From: Trichoplax sp. H2
Taxonomy: Eukaryota
DNA length: 20,000 nucleotides
Reading direction: 5' to 3'
NCBI GenBank assembly: GCA_003344405.1
Contig: NOWV01000108.1
Coordinates: 234,420 to 254,419, forward strand
The stretch's first letter is position 1. Each line of letters opens with the position of its first letter. The notes under the pieces were generated by a model that was given only the letters and a program-made list of their open reading frames with translations, was not told the origin of the DNA and did not search any database. The position numbers and the translations under genes were made by a program. Shown here in pieces: positions 8,575 to 19,756 of this stretch.

Positions 8575-11500
8575 TCAATTAGTGGTTTCCACTAATATCC
8601 TTTGCTTTGTGCCCTTCAAACGTTCCCTATTACATGACAAAGTATGAAAACTTAAATTTATTCAACTTGCATTGTATTCGTGTTGTACGGTACTGTAGAT
8701 ATGCTAATCCTATTGGAGAACTACGGCAGGCAGGTTTTCAATTTGCTGACAACCAAGATGGATTTGAAACAGAATACTGGAAAGCGGCAGTAATGTATAA
8801 TTGTAGTGTTGATAAAAATATTCTAATGTTTACCTTAGTGCATTTTCTGCAGAATAGCTTAGTCGTACAGATTTTGATTTAAAAGCGCTGTAATGTCCAT
8901 TTAAATTGCGTGAAACCGAATGGCTACCACTTGGATCAACTGGAAATCGATCTATGTCATATCTGCCGACTCCAACGCTATTGGCATTTCCCGTAAAGGA
9001 ACGATGCGAGACTCTATTAAATCTTGCGGAAGTGACATTAAATCCGTTTTTGTTCGGTCTTTTAATGAAAGGTGCGCTACTAGAACGAACTTCGTAATGC
9101 CCAGGTCCAGGATCATCCTGTATATAAAATGTATAAATTATGATGATTAAAGCAAACTGAATTCAATGTTTGAAGTGATTGTGGTTAGATTCCAATCTAG
9201 ATACTCAGGCTGATTTTGCGAAATTTTTATTAAACTTCGTCCATTTAGATACCTCCACTATTACAGCGTTATAAATGTTTTATAGTTATTACTGATATAA
9301 TGCAATACACAATGGTGTTCACTGTACTGTATAAATCACTCGCTATTTAGTGTCTACATCATAGCAATTCATTCTAGAATAAATAATGTTTTGTGAAGAA
9401 GTGATGAAATCCTACCGGGTCTTTCGGACACTGTGTTAACGATTCGTAAAACATCCTTTCGCATGGCACTTTAGGATTTCTTGGCAGCTTGCTAAATTGC
9501 CCGTGATGTCGATGGTCGGTATCTATAATTAGTAGTCATAGTATTGTAATATTTCATACTCAAGTTTTGAAATCCTTCTAACATACACATCAGATAATAT
9601 ACTAGCTGGCCATTAAAGATTTAATACCTTTCATTTTATCTAAAAAGGAACTAGTTTTATAGTGACCAGGTGGTAATTTTGGTTGAGGCTATTTTAAAAG
9701 AGAATTTATGAAAAAGTTATAAAGACGTGATCAAATGCCTTTACTATTAGATTTATTTATTACTCGGTGTTTGTACCCTGACAGTTAAAAATAACTTGTG
9801 GTAGTATTTCATGTATACTTAATTGATCGCAATTGCATTACGTTGTTACTACTCTATTGTTATTGATAAATTTATAGCAATTGCAGGAATAGCTGTAGCT
9901 GATTTTAGCTTGAATATTCGAATCTAATTTTGGCGTAACTCGTACGCTACAAATTTATGTAAGAAGATGGGTAGTTGTAATTTAATGATTAATTATAGTA
10001 TTTTAAGCATAAGAGTTGGTACCGGAGTTGTCATATGTCCAACTGTGATTGGTTTATGTCTTTCTCCTGTATAAACATCATAGGGGCCTCTTACGCTGAC
10101 AGTTTTACTTAAGAGTGTATCCAAGTAGCTCTTTAGCTGATAGTTTCCAGGACCTAGATTGCATCCCTGCATTCCAAATGAGATATCAATAAAGATAGTT
10201 CTCTTAACTATCAAGTATGTATGGATGTATTATATTTCGACGCTGTATTTTGTTGAATTCGTTCATTTGTTAGCTAGTACTGCACTTACAACAGTTGGCA
10301 AAGGCTTATGGCCTGCCGCTTTTGAATGTAATAAGCCGATTGTGCTGGTAGATTGACGCTCCTTTTCTTCTATTGCTGCCTGTGGAATTCCCCCGCGTCC
10401 ATAAGTTCCAGGTCCAGGTACTTCATTCTTAAAAAGATTAGGAATTTAATTTAATTTATTATCCAACAGGGCAGTAAGTACGTTATTTATAAATTAAATG
10501 CTATCACAAATGTAGTTCTGGTGATGTGATCTTTTACCTTTACAACTTCACGAAATCTTTTTTCTCTTATTTCGATTGCTCCTCTCTTACAACTTGGTTT
10601 TGTTGACAATGCTCGAATGAAATCATTCTTTTCTGTATTATAGGTACCAGGACCTAAATTCTTTTCCTATCAGTTATCGATATAGACTATTTACTACTAT
10701 AGGTCTATAGTATATAGCATAGATGAAACTTTTGGTTGTAATAAAAAATGCATTTTATTGTTACCGCATCCTTCTTTTTTTTAAGAATCGATCTTTGTGC
10801 TAAATTTGGCATATCTTTAAGCTTTAAGAGTTCATCTTCCCTTGCCCATCCTTATATTATTGTTTCCGCAAATACGTTGACGATTTATTACAGTACATTA
10901 TACGTGTAGATAATATCAACATCAGACATGCAATAAGAAATTTTTAAATATAGATTTGAAATATTACCTGCAATGCTAATGTGTTGGTAGCAAAAAGGTG
11001 TTTCATAAGTTTAGAATGTATAATTACCTGGTCGTTTAGTTATGGCTTGCATAGCTTTATCACTGAAGCTACTATCTTTTATATCGTACGTTCCTGGTCC
11101 CATACGAGCAAGCTAAGTTAATTACACATAAAATACACTAAGGGATTTGTTATTATAGTCTATCTTTTATCCTTATAAATCTTAAACAAATTTTTACGAT
11201 CGAATGTTGAAGCACTTTACTGAAAATGTTGTATTACAAGAACGTATTACGTACTAGCTCCGATTTCGAATCATTGCAGTAAGCGATCTGTGTTAAAGTA
11301 CCAGGTGGCATCAGTTGTGGGTGTAGACCTTTAACGTTAAACCTAAGTAAAGAAGTTTTTCATCAATCCGTTTTAATTACAGTTTAATTGAAAATAAATG
11401 TGTTAATATAGGGATAAATCTAGAACAATTTTTGATAATATCTATAGCGTAGTTTAATTCGAGTATGTTTTAGCGTTTTGTTAAATATGATTTACATATC

Positions 11501-11907
11501 TGTATGATAGAGCAATAAGTGCGCTTTTATGATTTGGTATCAATAGATATTACTATCCAGTAGTTATGTTTCATATGTAAGTTTTTGAAGAAAAATCTCT
11601 GCTTCTAGATTAGATACTTTCAGTCCTTGACTCATCTACATCGTCATTATTTTTTTAAGAGATTCGAGGAACAAGGTTGTATTTGCTGATTATGCTGTAA
11701 TTATTTTTTATAGTGAATCTCCTTAACTTAGTACTTAGTGAGAGTTAAAAATCGTGAGGCTGTTCTCTTTCATCATATACCCCGTATCTATGTATAACAG
11801 ATATTTTATTTGGATGTTGTAACATACCTATCCGATTGGAAACCAAATGGCGCTCCTTTAAATCTTTTACTTACTTGTGAAGTTGGATTTTCTCCGTTAG
11901 TCGGCAT
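8575..11907 (-). CDS. CIMAP2: LEXM/CIMAP2 (C1orf177)-like ciliary microtubule-associated protein with PGPG(x)Y (SHIPPO-type) repeats, 417 aa, 11 exons
   Basis: Minus-strand exons, all GT-AG and phase-consistent: 11907-11828, 11342-11255, 11112-11028, 10850-10765, 10666-10538, 10427-10290, 10166-10023, 9688-9628, 9522-9416, 9117-8834, 8626-8575 (1254 nt). Peptides FKGAPFGFQSDRF, GPGTY, GWARE, PGPGTYG, LGPGNYQLKSYLD..SVRGPYDVYTGER.KPI..GH, HGQFSKLPRNPK.P.ER, VGVGRY and RERL match, in order, my recollection of vertebrate LEXM/C1orf177. The last exon is the least certain. Confidence 0.88.
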
Positions 11908-12210
11908 AATTACATGTATAAAATTGTGAATTAAATATTACTTGGGGATGAATTTATAAATACTGTAAGAGTTTGCTTTGCCAACATTAAAACCTAGAAG
12001 AATGTCTCGTTAAAATGCTGTAGTGTAATCAGACTTAATGGTATCTAAGCAACGAGGATCTGACTTACCGTACTGCATTGTTTATTCGTACGGTACTCTG
12101 CCAGAAACTTCTATTCTACTGACTGTACAGTACTCTACTTTACTGTGTATACGCAACTTTTAGGTGCTCTAATATATCACAGAGCTTAAATAAAGTACCT
12201 AAAAAATCGG

Positions 12211-12981
12211 TATCCCTGTATACGCAACTTTTAGGTGAAAGAAAAATTCTATGGGATATTACTACAATATATCCCTGTATACGCAACTTTTAGGTGAAAG
12301 AAAAATTCTATGGGATATTACTACGATATATCCCTGTATACGCAACTTTTAGGTGAAAGAAAAATTCTATGGGATATTACTACGATATATCCCTGTATAC
12401 GCAACTTTTAGGTAAAAGAATGATTCTATGGGATATTACTACAATATATCCCTGTATACGTAACTTTTAGGTGAAAGAAAAATTCTATGGGATATTACTA
12501 CAATATATCCCTGTATACGCAACTTTTAGGTGAAAGAAAAATTCTATGGGATATTACTACAATATATCCCTGTATACGCAACTTTTAGGTAAAAGAAAAA
12601 TTCTATGGGATATTACTACGATATATCCCTGTATACGCAACTTTTAGGTGAAAGAAAAATTCTATGGGATATTACTACAATATATCCCTGTATACGCAAC
12701 TTTTAAGTAAAAGAATGATTCTATGGGATATTACTACAATATATCCCTGTATACGTAACTTTTAGGTGAAAGAAAAATTCTATGGGATATTACTACAATA
12801 TATCCCTGTATACGCAACTTTTAGGTAAAAGAATGATTCTATGGGATATTACTACAATATATCCCTGTATACGTAACTTTTAGGTAAAAGAAAAATTCTA
12901 TGGGATATTACTACGTACGATATATCCCTGTATACGCAACTTTTAGGTAAAAGAAAAATTCTATGGGATATTACTACAGTA
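12211..12981. repeat. Minisatellite, 13 x 59-bp unit (TATCCCTGTATACGCAACTTTTAGGTGAAAGAAAAATTCTATGGGATATTACTACAATA)
   Basis: Units start every 59 bp from 12211 to 12860, then at 12923 (unit 12 has a 4-bp insertion). A detached partial copy TGTATACGCAACTTTTAGGTG lies at 12146-12166. Confidence 0.97.
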
Positions 12982-13081
12982 TATCGCTCAATTCTTATTC
13001 ATACTACTACACGGAGTGCACTACAGTCTGCTTACAGTAGCATGAATTCCTAACTACACGATTATTGTGCTTGATTTTCAG

Positions 13082-14004
13082 TCTCGTCCCAATGAGAGCG
13101 TAGTATACGACGGTGAGTACGGCCAACGTAAGATATAACGCTGAGTATGTAATGTTGATTATTTCATTTCAGTATATGAAAAATTTGACTACTAAGAGTC
13201 CATTTATTAATTATTTAGAAGTTACTTTAGCATAACGGAAAGTAGAAATTGGGAGTCTTCAAGGTAGTTTACAATCCTGTTTTGAGCGTAGTTATTGGCG
13301 AATGCGTTATATAATCGTAATATAATAGTTTCATTGAGAAGTTATCCTTGAGAGGAGGGTATCTCAGTCATAACCAGCCCAAGTAAGCTTTTTATTTGTA
13401 ACATTAAATTATACACGAAGTTTGCTACGTTGAACTATGTTCTAGTGTGCTAGGCATTTTTATAAGAAGTACAACGCTGTGCGTATGTAAATTTGGAGAT
13501 GAATACCTGTCTAGAAGAGCTTAACCCGTACTAAGGGATGTTAAAATGGCTATGAAATAAAGTTAAAGTTAAAAAGTTTCGATCTATTTCTTCAATTATA
13601 TTTTGGCTATGTATTTGTTTTACGTATTGCTCATATTTACATTAAAATATTAAAATGTAGATGGAAGAATCCCCCAATTGTTGGACAAGCAAATGTTATA
13701 AAAAGCCTTGGTTTATATTATCAAGTTCAATTTCGTCGATGCAAAACTTCATTTATTGAAAATCTCTTTTAAGTACCTTCAATAACGCCAGCTCTGTTAG
13801 TCATTTGTGATCAGTATCGGCCAATACAAAATTATAAAGCTACAGTAAGATACAGAGTACAAATATGTGGATATATCTTTTTCATAAAATGCTTATTTAT
13901 ATGTATATATACAGCAATAGAAAGAACAAGCTAAATTATTTCCATTTAAATTTCCAGCATTACTTCAAATGTTTAAAGTAATTTCAAGTTTTCAAGTTTG
14001 CTAG
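13082..14004 (+). other. Possible spliced transcript (lncRNA or small unrecognised gene)
   Basis: Chain of AG/GT-bounded exon-like blocks: 13082-13112, 13219-13263, 13329-13382, 13446-13478/13482, 13661-13710, 13774-13844 and 13915/13921-14004. They are separated by AT-rich gaps of 63-182 nt, like the introns of neighbouring genes. No convincing start codon or recognisable protein. Confidence 0.3.
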
Positions 14005-14221
14005 TATAAAAGGTAAAAGATGCTAGTCTGGGTAATTGCATGCATGATTTCGTAGATATACAGTTATACGTGCTATCCAAAGATAAATACATATATTTTT
14101 AAAAATCGCACATCAGTAGAAATAGCCGCGGCTCAGCGGCACATCTTCCATGATATCGCATTGACTTTGTACTTTGTTAGGCAATATCGATTAAAGTATG
14201 GCTAATTTTAGCGTAGATGAT

Positions 14222-17200
14222 TTAATCATTGATTGCTATAGTTAACAGTTTATCGTCTTCATGCAAGGAGAATTTGCAAATGTTCCCATCCGGTATATTG
14301 TATGTATGCACTCCATCAACAACGAGTTGAGCATTAAATCCTCGTGACCGTACTGTGAAACTATAAGCATGAAACATATACATAAATTTATGTTGAGTAA
14401 TGAATGCGCGTATAGAACGCTCTATCCAATCAATATGGATGGCTAGACATGTTACAAAACTTAGCTAACTTAACATCAGGCCATGTTAATTGTAAAGTAT
14501 CTAAGAATTTCTTCCAATGCTGTTTTAACGGCCTACCTTTTACAAACACCTTGCTTATATTTCGCAGAAAATATACCTATATTTAGTGGTAACGAATAGT
14601 GCCAATTGATTTTTAACAATTATAGTTGCGAATTCACCATTACATAGGTCATATAGTCAACTTTTACCGTTTTCAATTGGCTCTCGAACAGCGAAAGCTA
14701 AGCGTTTTTCATTGGGGAGAAATTTCATACGTTGATTGTAATTTCTGGTCACTACAACGCAACACAATGAGATAAATTAAGTTACATTTGTTATCCTTGA
14801 TAACCATGATGACAATGAATATCATCTCTTCACTATCTAATTTCGAAAGAATTGCAAATATTCGGGCATAATTTTCTATAAAGCTTTGAAAAACCTTTTT
14901 CGATATCGGATTTATCTATTTGTAATTTTTCTTGCGATGCTACAGAGAAATAGAGAAATAATACAATTATTATGGCTCCTAAATTATGTTGTCCTAGAAT
15001 TAATTTTTATGGCAAATTTAAATTTAGATTTAGTAAAAAATAACTTTATACCTAAACGTAAAATGCTCTCAACTTCATCCGTTGCTATTCTGTTAATACT
15101 ATAGGCCCTAAGTTATGCAATGAAATCAAAAAATTGAATGTGTGAAATTTAACTAAATAAATAACTCTAGCCTTAAAATTTAATCTACAAGATTAGCTAC
15201 CATGATGTCGATCCTGTTCCAGTATATACAACTACGCCGGAACTTTTCTGCTTGGCTCCTTCACTACCATCAATGGACAGTTCATAATAGGATACGCTAT
15301 AAAAAATACGTAAGATCAGAATTTAATTATCTATCCAATTAATAGTGGTTATTGCAATTTTCTTTCGGATTTTAATAAACCTCCTGAGATAAATACTATC
15401 TTATACAAGATAGTCTGCCTTTGCAATACCTGGAAGGTGCAGATTCACCGAAATAGATCTCGTTTAAAGCTAGTCTGGGAGCAATTTGGCAACTTTTGAT
15501 CTTATTCTTATCAGAATTTGCAAAATCATGTAATGAAATTGGTTTCCAATCTTCGTTGTTATGTGATGACTGGTCCAAAGTAAACTGATTACTATCTACG
15601 ATTGTTGTTCTAATTCGATAACGCCAGCTCCATCTAAATGAATATGATTATGTACTGTAGTTATAGTTACATAAAACGAATAAGTGGATGATACAGTAAT
15701 ACTAATAGCTAAAAACTAGCGATAAATTCTATACCTGAATTGGCCACGAAAGATTTTGTTTAGAGTCACTTTTGGATCTTTCAAACATAAATATCCCTCT
15801 GATCTGCCAATTACAGAATGAAATGATGCAACTTGTAAAATATAACATAACTTTATACCATTTTAGTAACTTGGTATACGATACATATTCAATAAAGGAC
15901 ATTTGTAGAACTTGAAAATAGTATTCAATAGAAATTAAAATATATTGATAGGTTGTCGTGCATATGCTAATACCTTTCAGGATCGGTGTTGATTCCAATT
16001 AGGGGTTTCTCTTCATAATTTAAATGAGTTGCAGCGTGTAAGAATGTCCCATCTCCTTTAAAGAGCAATTAAGAAGCAAGAAGTAAACACTACGATTGTA
16101 ATCATGGTACGTGCACGATGAAATAAAGTCTAGCAAGTAGCGTACGGTACCATATGAAAAACGACGCATGCTTTTATTAAGTCTAAATCATATCTATGGC
16201 TTTATTTAAGACAATATAAGCTTGCGGTAATTTATTTGATATTACACACTGTGTATCAGAAGCAAGCAAGCACTTGAAATTAAAGTATAACCTGGTGGGG
16301 ATAATTATAATGCATTAAGGATCGTATTATGTGCAATATAATAGGGTAATTTATTATTATCAAGCTCCAGTTATGTCTAGTATACCTCCGGCAGAGATGA
16401 ATGCATCCGCCCAATCAAATGCATCTTTTTGGAATTCATCTCTTGTGAAGCATTCGTAAGCTACATTTTGAGATCTTTCAAAAATAGAATGTAATTTTAT
16501 AACAAGGTTAAATAATTTCTAGAAATCATTCGTTAACGTTGTATAATTTGCAATCAATGATATAGATATGTATCCTACAGTATCCATTTATCCATTTAAA
16601 ATATGGAGTAGTGTACCTGGAACAATATATTGTACAGTATGTTTAAACATTTCATAGAAAGGATTGTAAGAGTAACAATGTCAAAACATGACTATGGTAT
16701 CTCTGATTAAAGATTGCAGGTATAATTATACCGATACAAGTAATAGAGTTGAGAGAAAATTTTGATCTAAATTGTATCTGATATGGCTACAGGCGGTTTA
16801 CGATAAAAGATGATGGGAACAATTACATCGTTGTAGGCGGTCGCACTGATATGGCCTACAAATCATAGGCCTATGGTAGTATTTGTGATGGAGTTGTATT
16901 ACTATCCTTTATTTGATAGACGCTAGCAATATTCATGATGTTGATATCGAGGACATCAGCCATTATAATAGTTGGTCGAATATGTGTACTGTCGGTATAG
17001 GTGGTAGGCAACTATGATGCGTTGTTGCAGCTTACATGGTATTATGCATTTATGATGTAATGTTATTTTGGATGGTTGATGATAGCACGTTGACGAGAGT
17101 CAAGGTATAGACTGGCATAGAGTCATGCATGAATAGTTTAATCTGTCACAGAGAAATTAGCAATTAGTAGTCCATGGTAGTTGATTGTTTAGGAGATTTC

Positions 17201-18001
17201 CTTGGAAACATACTGCAGTGATAACTGCTGAGAGGGATGCTAATAATATTTTCTAAATGATCAATATAATAGCTGGATCAATATATGATTAATAATAAGG
17301 CGCACTTACTTTAGAAAATTGCGAATTTCATTTAGATTTTGCATATGGATTTTATGTCGATGTAAAAGTCCATTATAATCCGATCCCTTTCTAGCGAGCT
17401 AAAAGGGAAGAAAATAGTTGTATTACGCCATGACGACTGTCAATTCGTTGTATGCTATCCTATTGAATGAAAGTAATGGATAGGCAGGCTATGCACTGTA
17501 CTGTACAATCATCTTTCAATCACTATTCAAGCATATGTTTTCAAGCAATGAAAAATTCTACTCTACTCCTATATTCATAGTATTGCTCGTATCCTGGAGA
17601 TTTAGCGACGACATGCAATGTGTCATTTTGTGTAAGAGCGGTCAAATTAGCTAAGAAATTGGTCAAGGATCCATTTTCAGTGGCTATCAATGTACTGTCC
17701 AATCAACTTGTGGTGATGTTAAGACTGTCGACACTTTGGTAGTCAACGTTGTTTTCCTTTCTAGTGTAGTGGACTGGTGTTTATCGTCATTCTACTGTAC
17801 AGCAAGGTACTGACTGTATCTTTATAGGATATCGAATCTTCTTACCAATTTTTTAAGTTGTTCCTCATTAATAGAATATTTCTCTTTAACGCATTGATAT
17901 CTAGAAATCTTGGACAAGATGACAACGCGCAATGGTCTAAATGAATGCTCTGGTCGGAGCATATCTTTCTTGAAAACTGGTTGGAAATGGATTTCTGTCA
18001 T
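14222..18001 (-). CDS. NADK2: NAD kinase 2 (mitochondrial-type NADK2/C5orf33-like), ~382 aa, 12 exons; 5' end uncertain
   Basis: Minus-strand exons, GT-AG and phase-consistent: 18001-17846, 17398-17310, 16474-16386, 16055-15974, 15803-15735, 15633-15430, 15296-15201, 15107-15052, 14939-14895, 14751-14668, 14576-14537, 14360-14222 (1149 nt). NAD-kinase motif WADAFISAGGDGTFL, plus GINTDPERSEGYLCL, ALNEIYFGE, SYYELSIDG..KQKSSG....TGTGSTSW, VREPI and VRSR....LVVDG, which are typical of the NADK2 subfamily. Confidence 0.92.
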
Positions 18002-18980
18002 GAAAGGAAAGATTCAATTTCAACTGGAGCTATTTTCAAGCAGGTTGTACAATTGATTTATGCCAAGATTAAGGTAGAATGAATACTCTTCTAAGCTGAC
18101 ATTTTAATAGTAGGCGATCTAGAGTAAGAAGAATCTCGTCTTTTCTACCAAGCCTTTTGGAATCGTCGGCAATGGACACTTGATGGTTGACTAACACTTC
18201 TGCAGTGACCAACCTAGACGAAATGAATTATGGATAGCATTGCATCATTTGCATGTCATCCATCGGGAAAGCAAATTTCAATTCGATCAATTGGTCAATC
18301 TACGATAGAATGGATCATAAGCATAGGATGAAATGGAATAGGGTTTGGCGTTATGGTTGTCCTGGTAATTATTTCGATACTTTCGTCGTTTTCAAAATTT
18401 CCAATTTCGATGATACGCAAATCATAATAATTAATTAACAATTCAATTCAATTTTGATCATCGGATGGTAGGGGAGGAACTGGAGGTGTATTTAAATTTG
18501 AAACGCTTTTATATACAGTTGTCGGACAGGACCGGAAGGCGGCCAATGGGCATGCGTATTGCATCTCAATTGGTGTCCTTTTTCAACGGTAAGCAACGAT
18601 CCGACGCAGGCTAAAAATGACTGTCCAGTATAGAGACTGATGGCTTACACGGTGCAGTATACTGTACCATCCAATGCGCATAGGTGGTTTTGTTGGCCTG
18701 CCATCGCACTCTACTTCTTCTACTCTTTTACTCTAGTCTTGGCTGCAATTACTGCTATAACGTACGTGGAACATGATTCATTTGATGACACTCCTTATTT
18801 ATTTTTAGCAAGACGTCTGTGACGTTTGGGGCCATTGAAAAATTCAAATTGAAAATTCAAAGTACCTTCTTGTTTTGCATAGAGAACTATAAGGGCCATG
18901 TCGGCAACAAGAGACATGCGCAGTAACAGAGAAGCATGATTAGTGACTGGGTCCAGTACTGTCCTACTCGAGGTCTTCAA

Positions 18981-19364
18981 GGTCTGGTCCGATCCAGACC
19001 GATCCCATCGCGATCGGGTACGAAACGCCAGTTTTGATTTATGGTACAGTACTCAGTACTGTACACTGTACAGTACAGTAGACTGGACTACAGACAGAGA
19101 GGACATTCCACACTCCACACTAGTGTACAGGTACAGTGGACTGGACTACAGACAGAGAGGACAGTCCACTGTCCACGATTTTGGACGGACAGATTCCATC
19201 GCGATTTGGGTACGATACGCCAGTTTTGCTTTATGCTACTGTACAGTACTTGGAATGCTGTACACACTGTACTGTACACTGTACGGTGGACTGGACTATA
19301 GACAGAGAGGACCTCCACTCAGTCCACTCACTCTACTGTCCACGTCTTTGGACGGGCAGACATC
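18981..19364. repeat. Imperfect ~170-190-bp tandem duplication with three copies of GACTGGACTAYAGACAGAGAGGAC and several inverted repeats
   Basis: Blocks 19001-19191 and 19192-19364 share GATYCCATCGCGAT..GGGTACGAWACGCCAGTTTTG and CTGTCCACG..TTTGGACGG. The 24-mer occurs at 19081, 19139 and 19289. Confidence 0.85.
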
Positions 19365-19710
19365 GGGCCATCTTCGGTCAACAAATTGGGTCCAATCCTT
19401 GAAAATACTTTATTATGACAGTACTTTATTAGTATGCAGACAGTCGATTCTGAATGGACTGATTTTTTCTACATTGAGTAATATTACATTGTATTCTATG
19501 GCCTGTTACGAAGCTCTGCTTGGAAGCAGTAGCTTTAGATCATAATCAATGTCATTCAAATGAATACGAGTGATTTAGAAAACAGACACGGACGCTTGAT
19601 ACTGAGTAATTATTTTTCGACATTTTCTGCCGCATCAGGGATGAAAAGTCCGTCCATCCAATGAGAGTGTCCAGTCCAGGTACAGTCAACTTCTAAAAGT
19701 TAGACTTCTG

Positions 19711-19756
19711 TACAGTACAGTACACTACAGTACTGTACTCTGTGTACTGTACTGTA
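19711..19756. repeat. CAGTA/TACTG palindromic inverted repeat (perfect 15-bp arms)
   Basis: TACAGTACAGTACAC (19711-19725) is the exact reverse complement of GTGTACTGTACTGTA (19742-19756). The spacer contains the 12-bp palindrome TACAGTACTGTA. Confidence 0.9.

Noticed and set aside
8906-9150. + strand ORFs 8906-9097 and 8920-9150 (also 10159-10356, 14886-15104, and - strand 15729-15998)
   Set aside because: They are antisense or wrong-frame overlaps of CIMAP2 and NADK2 exons.
11745-11787. Alternative CIMAP2 exon (YGVYDEREQPHDF*)
   Set aside because: It would need a 40-nt intron, below the ~60-nt minimum seen here, and would truncate the protein.
12211-12981. 59-bp array as a CRISPR array
   Set aside because: Units are head-to-tail with no unique spacers, there are no cas genes, and the context is intron-rich and eukaryotic.
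17540-17760. Stop-interrupted - strand frame with several N-x-S/T sequons in NADK2 intron 1
   Set aside because: Short, no start codon or family motif; consistent with chance.
18943-19545. 200-aa ORF and the overlapping ORFs 19041-19301, 19088-19318, 19136-19402 and 19700-19891
   Set aside because: Several frames are open at once because the stop-poor CAGTA/GACTG repeats dominate; no recognisable domain.
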